Below, in pieces: positions 11,801 through 25,536 of a DNA stretch of 64,000 nucleotides. The notes under the pieces were generated by a model that saw only the letters and a list, made by a program, of their open reading frames with translations, was not told the DNA's origin and did not search any database. The position numbers were made by a program, and so were the translations under genes. Origin of the DNA: Plasmodiophora brassicae. Lineage: Eukaryota. Each line of letters begins with the position of its first letter. Position 1 is the stretch's first letter. The stretch lies in contig CP145409.1 in NCBI GenBank assembly GCA_036867785.1, positions 1,116,001 through 1,180,000 on the forward strand, in the 5' to 3' direction.

Positions 11801-14800
11801 GAAAACGTGTTGCTGCTGAGGGCGCTTCGCGACGTCAACGTCCCGAAGTTCCTTGTCGATGACCTACCTCTATTCGAGGTTCGTGCTGTCGGTTTCTCGT
11901 CGGGTTCCACGCGGTTAACGAGACGGTCAGGGTATCATCTCCGACCTGTTCCCTGGGATCGCTAAGCCAGACATCGACTACGGTGCGCTGATGAACGCGA
12001 TCATCGCGTCCGCTATGGAGGCAGGCCTCCAGCCCGTTGGGTCGTTCTGCCAGAAGTCGATTCAGCTGTTCGAGACGGCCGAGGTTCGTCATGGTCTGAT
12101 GGTGGTCGGTCCCACTGGCGGCGGCAAGACCGGCAACATCGCCACGTTGCAGAAGGCGCTGAACCGGCTCGCTGACGGCGGCCTGGACGAGTTCCTGCGC
12201 GTCAAAACCCACGTCCTGAACCCGAAGAGCATCAAGATGGGGCAACTATACGGCCAGTTCGACGAGGCGACCCACGAATGGTGCGTCCGGACGTTGCTGC
12301 ATTGAGAAACGGGGCTGACCGTCGTCGTCCTCCAGGACGGACGGTATTCTGGCGTTCGTGATGCGTCAGTGCTGTGAGCCGAGCGACGTTCTGGAGCGCT
12401 ACTGGATCGTCTTCGACGGCCCCGTCGACGCCCTGTGGATCGAGAACATGAACACCGTCCTGGACGACAACAAGAAGCTGTGTCTGAACTCGGGTGAAAT
12501 CATTCAGGTCAGGGCGCGCGCCACGTACCGTCGCGCTTCAATGGGTCTGATGCGCCACCGAAGATGCCGCCAACGATGACGATGATCTTTGAGGTCGAAG
12601 ACCTGAGCGTGGCGTCACCTGCCACGGTTTCCCGATGTGGGATGGTGTACATGGATCCGGAGGCCATCGGTCTCAGGCCCTTGGTGGCGTCCTGGCTACA
12701 GGTACTGCCGGGCATTGGTGTTGTTGCCCATAGACGCTGCCGTCGCCCACGTCTCGTTTACCACAGAGCCTACCGAAAGCAGTCGACTCTCTCCAGCCCA
12801 TGCTGCTGTACCTGTTCGACACGTACGTCGAGACGGCCATCGCGTTCATGCGCCGGAACCTGGTGGAGCCTGTGCCCACGGTCAACACGAACCTGGTCCA
12901 GGCGGCCACCGGCATCCTCGACTGCTTCTTCGCCCCGTACCGTCCCGTCGCCGATAAGACCGTTGACGAATCGGAGCTCGCCGAGAAGGTTGAGCGGCTA
13001 GGTACGCGCGGTAGACGCTCGAGGCTGTCCCAGGCACCAGCTGACGACGTCGCAGGTGGCCAGATCGGGCCGCTCTTCCTGTTCGCACTGATCTGGTCGG
13101 TGGGTGCGACCACGAACGAGGTTGGGCGACAGAAGTTCGACCAGTGGCTCCGTCTCCAGCTGGACCTGAACGGGTTCGAGCGTCCACCTCCCGAATCAGG
13201 CCTCGTCTACGACTTTGTCTTCGACCTGCAGACCGATTCGTGGCGCATGTGGATGACGACCGTGCCGGAATACGTGATCCCCAGCAAGTCGGCGTTCCAG
13301 GACATCATCGTACCGACCGTCGACTCGGTGCGGTACACGTTCCTTCTCGATCTGCACATTCGTCACGGCAAGCACGTCCTGTTCACCGGCAACACGGGCA
13401 CGGGCAAGACCGTGAACGTCACATCGTACCTGGCGACGATGCCCGCTGAACTCCAGCCCATCTCGTTGATCTTCTCGGCGGCCACCAGCTCGAACCAGGT
13501 CCAGGACATCCTCGACGCCAAGATGGAAAAGCGCAGGCAGCGCGTCTACGGGTTCGGCGCCGTCATCGTTCGTCTGCCAGCCGCGGTCGTTGACTTGTTC
13601 GGTTGTGCAGGCCCCCGATCGGGAAGACGTACGTCGTGCTCGTTGACGACATGAACATGCCGGCGAGGGAGAAGTACTTTGCACAGCCGCCGATCGAGCT
13701 GCTGCGACAGTGGATGGACCACAGCGGGTGGTACGACCTGAAGACGCTCCAGTTCAACAAGGTTGTCGATCTGATCTTCATCGGCGCCATGGGTCCGCCC
13801 GGCGGCGGTCGTAACCCGGTCACCGGCCGCTTCCTACGTCACTTCACCCAGGTACGCCACGTTTTCAGAGGGCGTCCGCTACGGTTGATGATTGGCGACA
13901 GGTGAACCACACCGACCTGAGCTCGGTCAGCCTGCAGCAGATCTTCCTGACGATTCTGCGCGACTTCCTGCAAGCGTTCCCAGACGAGATCCAAGTCTGT
14001 GCCAGCGCGCTGGTTACGTCGACCGTTGAGATTTACAAGACGATCGCCGCCGAGCTTCTTCCGACGCCCTCCAAGTCGCACTATACGTTCAACCTTCGTG
14101 ACCTGTCCAAGGTGTTCCAGGGGATCCTCAACGCCGACCCTCGTCGCGTCGCCGATGTCGACGCGTTGCTGAGATTGTGGATCCATGAGAACCGGCGCGT
14201 CTTCGCTGACCGGATGGTCAACGCCACCGACCAGGACTGGTTCACAGGCCTGCTGACTCGCCTGCTGAAGGAGAATTTCGGTATGGGTAGGTGTCCACGT
14301 TGCGGTGACGTTGGCTGATTGTGTGTGTGTGTGCGGGCAATCAGGCAAATCGTGGCTGGAGGTGGTGACGAACCCGGAAGGTCGGGTCCTGTTCGGCGAT
14401 TACATGGGCGGGAGTGGGGCCGACGTCCGCGTCTACGACGAGATCACCGATATGGACAAGCTGGTGACCGTCATGGAGGAGTACCTGGAGGAGTACAACA
14501 GCGAGAAGAAGAACAAGATGAAACTCGTCATGTTCATCGACGCGATTGAGCACGTGTCGCGCATCTGTCGCATCCTTCGTCAACCTCAGGTTGGTGCCCG
14601 CCCGGCGAGCCGCGCGGCCCCTGTCGTGAAGCGTGCCGACTTCGTGTTAGGGCAATGCGCTACTGCTGGGCGTTGGTGGCAGTGGCCGGCAGAGCCTGAC
14701 GCGGTTGGCCGCGTTCATGGGCGAGTACGACCTGTTCCAGATCGAAGTCAGCAAGTCGTACGACATGAACGCGTGGCACGACGACCTGCGGAAGTGCCTA

Positions 14801-17800
14801 CTGTCGGCCGGCCTGCAAGAGAAGCAGACCGTCTTCCTCATGTCCGACACGCAGATCGTCAAGGAGGCCCAGCTTGAGGTTCCGGTCGCACAGAGCAGCG
14901 TCGGGTGGACGTCGTCGCTGATGGATATGGCTTGACGCAGGACATCAACAACGTGTTGAACTCGGGCGACGTCCCGAACCTGTACAACGCGGAGGACATG
15001 GAGGCTATCATCAACGCGTGTCGGGTCGATTGCCAGCGCCGGAAAGTGGCGCCGACCAAGGTCGGAATCATGGCTGTGACGCGCCCGATGCTCCGACTAC
15101 CCTGACACGACCGTGTCCTAGTCGAACATTTACGCCTCATTCGTGGCGCGCGTTCGCACGAACTTGCACATTTGCCTGTGCATGTCACCGATGGGCGACG
15201 CGTTCCGGACGAGGTTGCGGATGTTCCCCGCTCTGGTCAACTGCTGCACGATTGACTGGTTCTCGCCCTGGCCGGCCGAGGCGCTGCGTTCCGTTGCACT
15301 GTCCAGCCTGACGGAGGACGACCTGGTCAGTGGGAACGATCCGCCACGATGTCTGATCTGCGTGTTGACGTCCTGCGACAGTCCCTTGGCACGATTGAAC
15401 CCATTGTCAACATGTTCGTCGCGATCCATCAGAGCGTCGAGCGCAACAGCATTGCATATGCGGAATTGCTTCGCCGGCACAACTACGTTACGCCCACGTC
15501 GTACCTGGAAGTCCTGTCGACATTCAAACGGATTCTCGGTACCGATCAACGGTATGTACCGTCATGGGGCGCATCCTGACGTGTTGCTCCTTTCAGCTAT
15601 CAAGCGGAAGGAAGTGGGGGGCCTTCGCGACAAGCTGCAGAACGGTGTGGACAAACTGGAGCAGAGCGCAGAGGCCGTTGCCAAACTCCAGGTCGAGCTG
15701 GTCAACAAGCAGCCCATTCTGATCAAAACGCAGGAGGAGGTACACGCGGCGGCGCTTCGGGTTGTCGGTCCAGGTCGCTGACCATACGCCGCAGGTCGAA
15801 ACAATGATGAAGCAGATCAGCGTTGACAAGAAGGACGCCGATGCCACGCGGGAAGTTGTCTCGAAACAGGAAGCGGACGCGCAGACCAAGGTTGGTCAGG
15901 GCGGTGTGGAATGCTCCAACGGATACGAACCGATTTTGTGACAGGCGGCGGAATGTAAAGCCATCAAGGATGATGCTCAGAAAGACCTCGACCTGGCGCT
16001 CCCCGCGCTGGAGGAAGCCGTCTCGTGCCTCAAGTTGCTGAAGAAGAGCGACCTCGACGAAGTCAAGGCGATGAAGAAGCCACCTGCTGGTGTCTTGATT
16101 ACCGTCCAGGTCGGCAGATGTCGATGCGTCGGCTCGTGTGCCATCGCTGATGACGTGCCAGGCCACCTGCATCTTGTTCAATATCCCGCCGATTAAGAAG
16201 AATGATCCGGACAACGTGGGCAAGAAGATCAACGACTACTGGGAGCCGGCCTCGACCAAGCTCTTCAAGGATGCCAAGAAGTTCCTCGACATGCTGATGA
16301 CATATGACAAGGATAACATTCCCACCGACGTGATCGAGAAGGTCCGATGAAGGTCGCCCGTTGACAAGCGCCAGCTGATGACATCGGGTTCTGCAGATCA
16401 AACCGTTTATGGAGCGAGAGGACTTCACGCCTCTCGCCATCGAGAAAGCGTCGAAAGCGTGCAAAGCGATCTGCCAGTGGGTACGCGCCATGTTCACATA
16501 CGACACGGTCGCCAAGAACGTCGAGCCGAAGCGTATTGCTCTGCGCGCCGCTGAACAGGTCCCACAGCGGTGCTCGACTGTCAATCGTGTCCTTGCGCGC
16601 TAACGATCGGAACAGGAACTCGAGCGCGTCAATGCCGCATTGGCTGAGGCGGTGGCACGGTTGCAATCCGTCGAGGGCCGAATCGCAGCGCTCGAGGCCA
16701 ACTACATGGCCGCGGTCCAGAAGAAGGAAGCATTGGCGTCCGAAGTCGCCATCTGCAAAGTCAAGCTCGTTCGCGCCGAGAAGCTCGTCGGCGGCCTCGG
16801 CGGCGAACGTCGTCGATGGTCGGAGACCGTCAAGGTTCGCCTCACACTTCCGTCGTGCCCGACCGCGACGTTCCCGTTTAACGCATGGCTTAGGATTTGA
16901 CTGTGGCCTACACTCGCGTTACGGGTGACATTCTCGTCAGTGCTGGGTCGATTGCCTATCTGGGGGCGTTCACTGGCGAATTCCGGAATAAGATCGTGAA
17001 GGTAGGCGGCTGAGCTCCAACACATGCGGAGGTGGCTGTGCGTTAACGGTTGTTGGCATAGGAATGGCACGACAAGCTAGCGCAGTATGACATCGTGTAC
17101 AGCGCCGGGTGCACCGTCTCGTCAACGTTGGGCAACCCGGTCGCGATACGCAGCTGGAACCTGTTCGGTCTGCCGACCGATACCGTCTCTATCGAGAATG
17201 GCATCATCATGGCCCGAAGCGTGCGCTGGCCGCTCTTAATCGACCCGCAGGTTCGATACCCGTTTGTCCTTGATCATTACGAGTGCTGAGGTTGTGTGTG
17301 TGCCTACCCAGGGCCAGGCCAACAAGTTCGTGAAGGGCATGGGCAAATCCCTCGCCAAGAACGGCATGGACGTCGTGAAGCTGACAGATAACTTCACGCG
17401 AACGCTGGAGAACGCGATCCGCTTCGGTAAATGGGTCCTGATCGAGAACATTGGGAACGAACTCGATCCGGCTCTGGAGCCCGTCCTCCTTCGACAGGTA
17501 CGAACACGAACGCCTGGCAATGTGGCGTGCACAGTCTCAGCGACATCGTAGACGTTCCCGGTGAATGGCGTACCGCATATCACGATCGGCGACGCGACCA
17601 TCCCATACAGCGGTGACTTCCAGTTCTACATGACGACGAAGTTGCCAAACCCTCACTACTCGCCCGAGTTGCAGGTCTCGATGCGCGTCCGCCTGACGCA
17701 CAGTGGTGTCCTGACTCGTCCAATGATCAGGTGAAAGTGACCCTGCTGAACTTCACGATCACTCGGGCCGGTCTGCAGGACCAGATGCTGGGCATTGTCG

Positions 17801-20800
17801 TATCGAAGGAGTCGCCTGAATTGGAGACGAAGAAGAACCGATTAGGTAAACGAGAACGCGGCACCAGTCGGTCCCCATCCTGACCGTCCCTGTAGTCGTT
17901 TCGAACAACAAGATGAAGGAGGAGCTACAGGAGATCGAGGACAAGATCCTCAAACTGCTGTCTTCGTCCCAGGGCGATATTCTCGACGACGAAGAGCTTA
18001 TCGACACGCTGGCATCGTCGCAGTCGACGTCGCGCGAGATCAACGAAAAGGTGATCGCGTGCGGTCGTCTTGTGTGCTGAGAAGCCTGTTTGAACGCGGG
18101 CATCGTCGTCGTCAGGTTGCCGAGGCGGAGATCGTCGAGAAGGAGATTGATATCTCTCGGGCCGGCTACATTCCTGTGGCGTTCCGCGCGTCTCTCCTCT
18201 ATTTCTGCATCGCCGATCTGGCCAACATCGACCCGATGTACCAGTACTCGTTGCAGGTCTGCCCGTCAGACACGTCGTCGTCCACCTGCCGTCGGTCTAA
18301 ATAGGACGTTCAGTGGTTCGTCAACTTGTTCCTCCTGTCGATCGAAAACGCGATCGCGTCGGACGTGTTAACGACTCGGTTGCTGAACCTGAACGCCCAC
18401 TTCACTCGCAGCCTATACGAGGCTGTCTGCCGATCCGTCTTCGAACGGCACAAGCCGCTCTTCAGCTTCCTGATCTGCACCCAGATCATGCAAGGCGACA
18501 ACCTGATCGACCCCGACGAATGGAGGTTCCTGGTCGGCGGCGGCGCTCCAACCAAGAACATCGAACGACCCGGTACAGGAGCGGCATTGGTGTTCGACAG
18601 CTGCGATCTAACGACCACACAGCAAGCTGGATTGCAGAAGATATGTGGCAGTCGATCCTGGCGCTGAGCGACCTTCCCAACTTCAGCCACATCGAGCAGA
18701 GCTTCCTGAACCCATCCGGGTTATCCGTCTTCAAGACGTATTGCGACGCCAGTACGTTGGAACGAATCTGCCAGACATGGTTCGGGCCGGGTCTCTGATA
18801 TCGTGCAACAGGCGACTCACATCATCAGCCGCTACCGGTCCCGTTCGATACGTCGTTGTCGCCGTTCCAGAAGCTGTTGGTGCTGAAATGCCTGCGACCC
18901 AGCAAGATGCGCGATGGCATCGAGGAATTCATCATCAACCAGATGGGTCGTGAATTCACCGAACCTCCTGGTACTGTTGCCCAAACGCTAATCGCTAGTT
19001 GCCGCTGACGACCTCTTCAGCGTACGACCTGGCGGGGTCGTTCTCGGTGTCAACCTACAAGACCCCACTGGTGTTCGTCTTGAGTCCTGGCGCCGACCCG
19101 GCAGAGGACCTGATGAAGTTCGCCGAGGACATGGGCATGAAGGAGAAGCTGAAATCGACGTCGCTTGGTAAAGGACAAGGCGTCATTGCCGAACGGTGTG
19201 CCGCAGATCGGTTGCCCGCTGGCGGTTCTCTGAGTGTTGACGATGGCCAGGTACATCACGGCGGCCTGCCGGGCAGGGGGATGGGTCTTGTTGCAGAACT
19301 GTCACCTGGCGATCTCATGGCTGCCCACCCTGGAGATGATCTGCGAATCGCTTGTCGATCGCACCGATGTCAGCCCACAGTTCCGCCTGTGGTTGACGTC
19401 GCTTCCGACGCCCAAGTTCCCGGTCTCCATTCTCCAGGATGGCGTCAAGATGACCAACGAACCACCTAAAGGTTGGCAATCCGACATTCGCATTGCGTCC
19501 GATGCTGACCGCTGTCCGTTTCAGGGTTGCGGGCGAACCTGACGAGGTCGTACCTTGGGTTCACTGACGAGTTCTTGAACGACTGCAACAAACCGTCCGA
19601 GTTCAAGACGTTAACGTTCGCCTTGTGCCTGTTCCACGCCAACATCCTTGAGCGGCGTAAATTCGGCCCACTCGGATGGAATATTCCTGTAACCAGCGCG
19701 CCTCGTAGTGTTGCACCGCCAGCGGTTGCTGACTTTGTCTGTTGAAGTACCGGTTCACTGAATCCGACCTGCAAGTCTGTATCTCCCAGCTGAGAGACTT
19801 CATCAACATGTTCGACGAGATCCCATATCAGGTACCGGTGACTGTTTGGGGTTGGTGTGCCCACGTCCCGATCTGAGAGAACCGAAGGTGATACACTTCC
19901 TGACATACGACATCAACTACGGTGGCAGAGTCACCGACGACATCGACCGGCGTACGATACGGACGATCCTCGACGACTTCGTGACGCCTCAGGCTCTGCG
20001 ATCAAGTACGTGCATGGGGCTTTCTCGACTGGCAAACATGTACTGAGCGTCATCGTTCAGACTACAGCTTCTCAGCATCAGGACATTACCATTCGATCCC
20101 GGCTGGGAATCGCGAGGATTACCTGTCCTACATTCGGTCGTTGCCGTCGACATCCGATCCGGAAGCGTTCGGCCTGCACGATAACGCCGACATTTCGTAT
20201 GCACGCGAAGAGACAAACAGGTTTGTGGGAGCGATACAACTGTGTGCCGGGAGAAGGCTGAATTGTTGTTGGCAGCCTGTTCGCCTGTATTCTGTCGATT
20301 CTGCCTCGGGTCAGTTCGGGCACGGGCAAGTCTCGCGAGTCGATCGTGGCCGATGTGGCCACTCGTATACTGGCGACGTTGCCGGCCGTGATTGACATTG
20401 AATCGGTGACGAAGATGTACCCGACGTCCTACACGGAAAGCATGAACACGGTCCTCGTCCAGGAAGCGATCCGCTACAACAGGTTGGTGCTTTCCATGGC
20501 GCTTTATGGCCCGGTGACTGAAACGACGGCTGTAGATTGCTTGTGCGCGTCAAGGAGACGCTGATCGCATTGGGCAAGGCGCTCAAGGGAGAAATGGTCA
20601 TGACCGCTGAGCTGGAGAGCATGGCCGATTCGCTGTTCAAGAACCAGGTCCCCGACGTCTGGTCGGCCGTCGCCTACCCGTCGCTGCTGAATCTGTCGTC
20701 GTGGGTCAATGACCTGCACGCCCGAATGGTACCGTACCATGGACCCGTTGTGTGCTGGACCCGCCACCAACCCGGCAATGTTCGCTAGGCGTTCATTAAC

Positions 20801-21405
20801 GGCTGGATCAAGGATGGCACACCGGCCGTATTCTGGATATCCGGGTTCTTCTTCCCACAGGCGTTCCTGACCGGTACGCTTCAGAACTATGCACGTCGCC
20901 ACGTGAAGCCGATTGATTCGGTAACGTCCACTGCTGACCAGTCCTGGGGATCTCGCTGAAGACACGTGTCTGGATAGGTTTCGTTCTCGTTCCGTGTTAT
21001 GCCACCGGACTTCCAGCCTGGCGCCGAACGCGTCGCTGATGGTTGCCTAATTCGCGGGTTGTACCTGGAAGGGGCACGCTGGGACCCGATCAGCGAGTCC
21101 CTGGCCGATTCCACACCCAAAGAGCTCTATGTCGCAATGCCAACGGTATAGCTGGCACCCGCATGAAGCGGGCAGTACATCGTCTCACGGTCGCATAGAT
21201 CTGGCTGGTTCCTGTGGTCAATCGCGTCGAGCCCAAGCAAGGCGTCTACAGTTGCCCAGTCTACAAGATCCTGACGCGAACGGGGACCCTGTCCACGACC
21301 GGCCACAGCACGAACTTCATCATGTTCTGTGAACTGCCCTCCCTAGCTCCACCCTCGAAATGGGTCAAGGCGGGCGTCGCGCTGTTCTGTGGCCTGCGAT
21401 ACTGA
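5883..21405 (+). CDS. DNAH1: Axonemal inner-arm dynein heavy chain, DNAH1-like (dozens of short introns; start could be 5883 or 5962)
   Basis: N-terminal [16 protein letters not shown] and [20 protein letters not shown]; linker [12 protein letters not shown]-loops [77 protein letters not shown]-terminal [11 protein letters not shown]...[10 protein letters not shown]. Confidence 0.95.
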
Positions 21406-21679
21406 GCAGCGTATCATTTCAACACATGCAATACAGCAACAACGTTGTCCTGCAACTTGCCGATTCGCCAGTCCCACAAGGCGATCCCGTTTAGATCCGT
21501 TGAACCTTACGAAGGATGACATCACGTCCCATGAAATCCAGGACCAACAGCAGGTAGACCGTTTGGACTTCTGAAGACGCCACCATGAATGGGGTCGCTT
21601 GTCACATTCTGCAAGACCGGCTTCAGCGAACGAGCAACCTCATTGACGATGTATGCGGCGGTACTTGCAACAGGTACGG

Positions 21680-22263
21680 CTAATCAAGACGAGATTCTCG
21701 AATGACGAGAAGCCATGCTTCGACGGTCACGATGCCCAGCACTGCGACGAGGCCGGTGCAAACCGACGCGACCGGCGACCAGTGCATCGATTGCCCGACG
21801 GTGTATCCAGCGACCATCGCAGTGATCATCGAAGCGATCATGTTGACGCCCATGCTGATCGCCCGTCGATCCGTCGCTTTTAGCGACAAGTCCCGCGCCT
21901 CATCGCGATCCGCTTTCATCCCGACCATCTGACGATACGCGATCGCATCCTGCTTGCGGCGAAGTTCATCCAGTCTAGCCGCGAACGACGAGCTCTGGGC
22001 AGACGCTCGTCATCGGACAATGAAACCAGCATAAGCAGGAATATTACTCGTGGCCGACTGGGTCGCCCATAGTCGCCAGGTTCGATATCAGACGATTTCG
22101 CGATCGTATGCAGATACATGTTCGAGTCGACACCCATCTCCCGCGCCCGCTTGCACAGACGCACCAAATCGCCCTGCTCAACGTAGTCGCCGGGCTTCAG
22201 CGCCTCGTGCCACGAGACACGCCGACCGACGTCGGCGATCGTTTCCGACACCAGCCAGCGCAT
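21680..22263 (-). CDS. TMEM199: V-ATPase assembly factor Vma12/TMEM199-like
   Basis: Spliced ARLDELRRKQDAIAYRQMV motif followed by two TM helices (ISMGVNMIASMITAMVAGY; GLVAVLGIVTVEAWLLVIR). Confidence 0.8.
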
Positions 22264-22378
22264 CTCTCCGCAATCGTCGCAACGCGCGATGTCTTTTGTA
22301 CCAATAGAGAGACCCAGTCAACGCTCTTCTCGCCAGTCCTCCACAGGTCTGGTCATCGCTGTACGTGCTGTAGTGGTA

Positions 22379-23361
22379 TTAGATGTCCAGCGGGACAACC
22401 AGAGCGAACAGGATCAGGAAGGTGAACAGTACGAGCAGCTGGGAGTAGACGCGAATCGCGAATCGCCGTTTAGCGGATTTGAGCTCATCGATCTGGTGGA
22501 ATGAGATCAGGGTGGCATTTGATTGACGATCGCGTACCTTGACGAGCAGGTCGGCTTTCGTGCATGTCTCCAGGAACGTCGACGGCTAGCAGCACTGCAT
22601 CAGCCAGAGGTTCATAGGACAAGACGGGCGAGTAACGCCTCTGGGTCTGTCCATACGTTGAACGGTATAACTGCGTTTGAAGAGGTAGACGTTGACTCCA
22701 AAGTCTTCAGGTCGTGCTCATACCGCTCCCTGTCATCCGTGTACTGCTGGACAACGGCTTCCAGTCGATGCAAAGCCTCCTGCATTTCGGCCAGTTTCTA
22801 GCGCGCTACGTGAGAAGGACGACATGCCATCAGTCATAAAGAACGACCCGTTCGCTAACAGAAGCCTCTTCCTGCTTCCGCATCAGTTGCTGCTCCAGCT
22901 GGGCGACCATCCTCGCTGCGCGCTGATGCTGTTGCCTGTGCCCGATGCCGTCGGCTTCCTGGACCTGGAGGCAAACAGTCAGACGTGTTACCGTCCTTCC
23001 CACTATATACCTTGTGCTGGAGAATGGCCTCTTCTGCACCGTGCAACTTTGCCGTCAGCGACGTGACATTCGACTCTAGCAGGGCAACTTCGGATTCCTT
23101 CGCCAGCAGGTCCGCCTGCAAACTAGCAGCCAGTTCCTCCGCCGTCCTGGCCCGCCGGCCCGCCTTGTCGACGTCGTCGCGCAGCGCCTGCAGCTGCGCC
23201 TCGAACCGTGCCGCCTCCGCCCGGCACTCGTCCAGGCTGCGGGCCAGCGCCCGGTTCCGCTCGGCCAGCTCCCGCTGCCGCTCCGCCCCGGTGTCATGCG
23301 CCGCCTTCAGCGACACGACGCGAGCGAATTCCTCCTCGCTGATCAGAATGCCATCGGGCAT
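22379..23361 (-). CDS. Coiled-coil protein with C-terminal transmembrane anchor (golgin-like architecture)
   Basis: MPDGILISEEEF followed by heptad-rich exons; last exon ends VYSQLLVLFTFLILFALVVPLDI*. Confidence 0.65.
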
Positions 23362-23393
23362 TTTGCCAACTGTGCAACTGCATTGGTGCAGAC

Positions 23394-23529
23394 TGTAGTT
23401 CCCGCAGTCGCGACGCGGACGACAGGTGTAGTTCCCGCAGTCGCGATGCCGACGACAGGTGTAGTTCCCGCAGTCGCGACGCGGAAGACAGGTGTAGGTA
23501 GTTCCTGCAGTCGCGACGCGGAAGACAGG
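23394..23529. repeat. 33-bp tandem repeat (4 copies plus a degenerate fifth) in a bidirectional promoter
   Basis: Unit TGTAGTTCCCGCAGTCGCGACGCGGAMGACAGG at 23394, 23427, 23460 and ~23497. Confidence 0.92.
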
Positions 23530-23615
23530 ACGGCAGTTCGAAAGTCGCGGGGAGACAACATGGGCACTGCGGATCGGAGGTCGGTGGCGCATTCTGCCTT
23601 AGACGGCGGCCGGCG

Positions 23616-23816
23616 ATGGGACTGCAGGCACTGGCCGCTCTCGTCGTCGTGGTCGTGTTCTGGGCCATCGGCGCCTACGCTCTGGTCCATGCGAGCGTGT
23701 CCCGGTTCCTGAAGGTGCTGCTCGGGGTCGTCCTCGTCCTCATACCGGTCGCTGGCCCGTTCTACCTGTGCCTACCCGGAGCGATGCGCCCGTCGTCGTC
23801 GGCGTCTCCAGTCTGA
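23616..23816 (+). CDS. 66-aa two-TM micro-protein, PLDc_N-like pattern
   Basis: MGLQALAALVVVVVFWAIGAYALVHASVSRFLKVLLGVVLVLIPVAGPFYLCL: hydrophobic hairpin with K..L.....P..G..Y. Confidence 0.55.
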   Translation: MGLQALAALVVVVVFWAIGAYALVHASVSRFLKVLLGVVLVLIPVAGPFYLCLPGAMRPSSSASPV

Positions 23817-23912
23817 TGCAATATCCAAGTCGCGTGAATGACCAGTATAAAGGGAACGGTCCGCACGCCTGTACGGTGACGATCGGTTAAATGATAGAGG
23901 GTGGGCGCCGTC

Positions 23913-25536
23913 ATGGTTGTCTGTCATCCGTTCAGCGACGAGGACGCAGTGGTTCGACTTGCGCGTTGGATACCACCGCGACCTCGTCTGACGCCCGCCG
24001 TCTTCCCCGTCCACGAGTTCCGTTTCGTGCCGCGCCTGTCGGATCGCCTGGTCCGGGCCTCGTCTGGCCTGCTGCGCTTCGGTGAATCCGAACCGGACGT
24101 GGGCCCCATCGTCCGCGATATCGTGTCGCCCCGAATCCCATTGACGCATGCCCCAATCTGGACAGCGCCGCCTATAACCCGCACATCCAGCGTGACCATC
24201 ATCGAGGGGTTGAAACCCGCCAAGAAGGCATCGTACTGGGAGCCGTCCGACCCCAACCTCGGGTCACGTCAGAGACCAGCACCGCACGTCCGCTCATGGG
24301 CGACGCTTGCGAGGCGTCAGACGCAGGACCCGGATATTGCCGATCGTGACCCTGGGCCCGGGGCGCTTCGAATCAACTACGATGCCGTCTTGCCTAGGGT
24401 CCACGTGACCGTCCTCCCTCCCAACGAACTCGACCCGCCTTCCAAGGCACATGTTTCTCGCAGGTGAGCGCGTCGTTGTATGTGACACATGCCGCGACCT
24501 GAGATCATGTTAGGGTGCCGACGCCCGTTGCCGTTCGCAGGCAGCGCAACGAAGAGCACATGCTGACTGTCCGCCTGCGCAAACAGCAGATCGAGAGGTG
24601 CCGCCTGGAGCGGCTACAGAAGAAGTACGAGCGGATGATCATGTCGGAACGAACGAGGGAGCGGGTCAAACATCGTCTGAGGACCTGGATCGCCATCGGC
24701 ACTGTCCTGCGATACGCGCAAGGATTCTCCCACGCCGTCTGGCGAAACCATCTCGGGCATAAGGTCGGCCTGTCTCCGTTCCGGCGACCTCCCCGACTAA
24801 CCCATTGGCCAGTTCCGACGAGTTGCCGTCATCGTGACGCGTTTACGCGCCTGGGTCTACCGCTTCCGCAAGCGCAGGGACGCGGGTTTCACGTACACGA
24901 TAGACGATGTCGTCGCCGCCCATGCCGCCTGCGCTCGTGCCGTTCGCAGGCGACGCGCCTACACGCGTCGTCGCATCGAAATCCGCGCCCTGACGAATAT
25001 CATCGGTACGTACCTGTGGCCGGTGCGCATAACGGGGCCGTTGCTGAGGCAGGGAACGAACAGATTTCTTCGAGAACTCGTCGCTGCGTGCCACGTTCTT
25101 CAGGTCGGTGCACCATATGCTGGACAACGCCACCAAGGTGCAGCGCTGGTGGCGGGAGATGAAACGCGTCCGGTACGCCCGACTGGATTTCATCTGGGAC
25201 CGGATCCAGGACGCGATCCGGACCGCCAAGCGACCGCGTCGGTCGCGACGCTGCCTGCTCCTCGAGCACATGATCTGCTCCAGGTTGACGGATCGCGTCT
25301 ACGACCAGGCCAGGATCGCGTTCCGCGACGTGCTCCGCAGGCGCCGGGCCGGCATCTCCATCGAGCTGACCGCCAGCGGCTTCCTGCGCCGCGAGATCTG
25401 GTTCCGCATGCAGGTCCTCCATCAGGAACGCGCGTGGCGCTCCGACATCATGTCCAAGGTCAAGGCCGCCCGGCCCCACAAGAACCCGCGTCGACGACGC
25501 CAGCAGGCGCCCGTCAGACGCACCATACCAATATAA
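23913..25536 (+). CDS. Hypothetical basic protein with IQ-like motif (multi-exon)
   Basis: Successive ORFs 23901-24467, 24515-24762, 24812-25005 and 25066-25536 are joined by GT-AG introns; NATKVQRWWR is IQ-like. Confidence 0.5.

Noticed and set aside
14320-14333. (GT)n microsatellite in a dynein intron, and a similar (GAC)n run near 60911
   Set aside because: Short simple repeats with no evident significance.
23394-23430. Resemblance of GGGAACTACA and TCGCGA to vertebrate ZNF143/BANP promoter motifs
   Set aside because: Only partial matches, and those factors are not expected in this lineage.
23394-23529. CRISPR-like array
   Set aside because: Units are directly adjacent with no unique spacers, there are no cas genes, and the context is eukaryotic.
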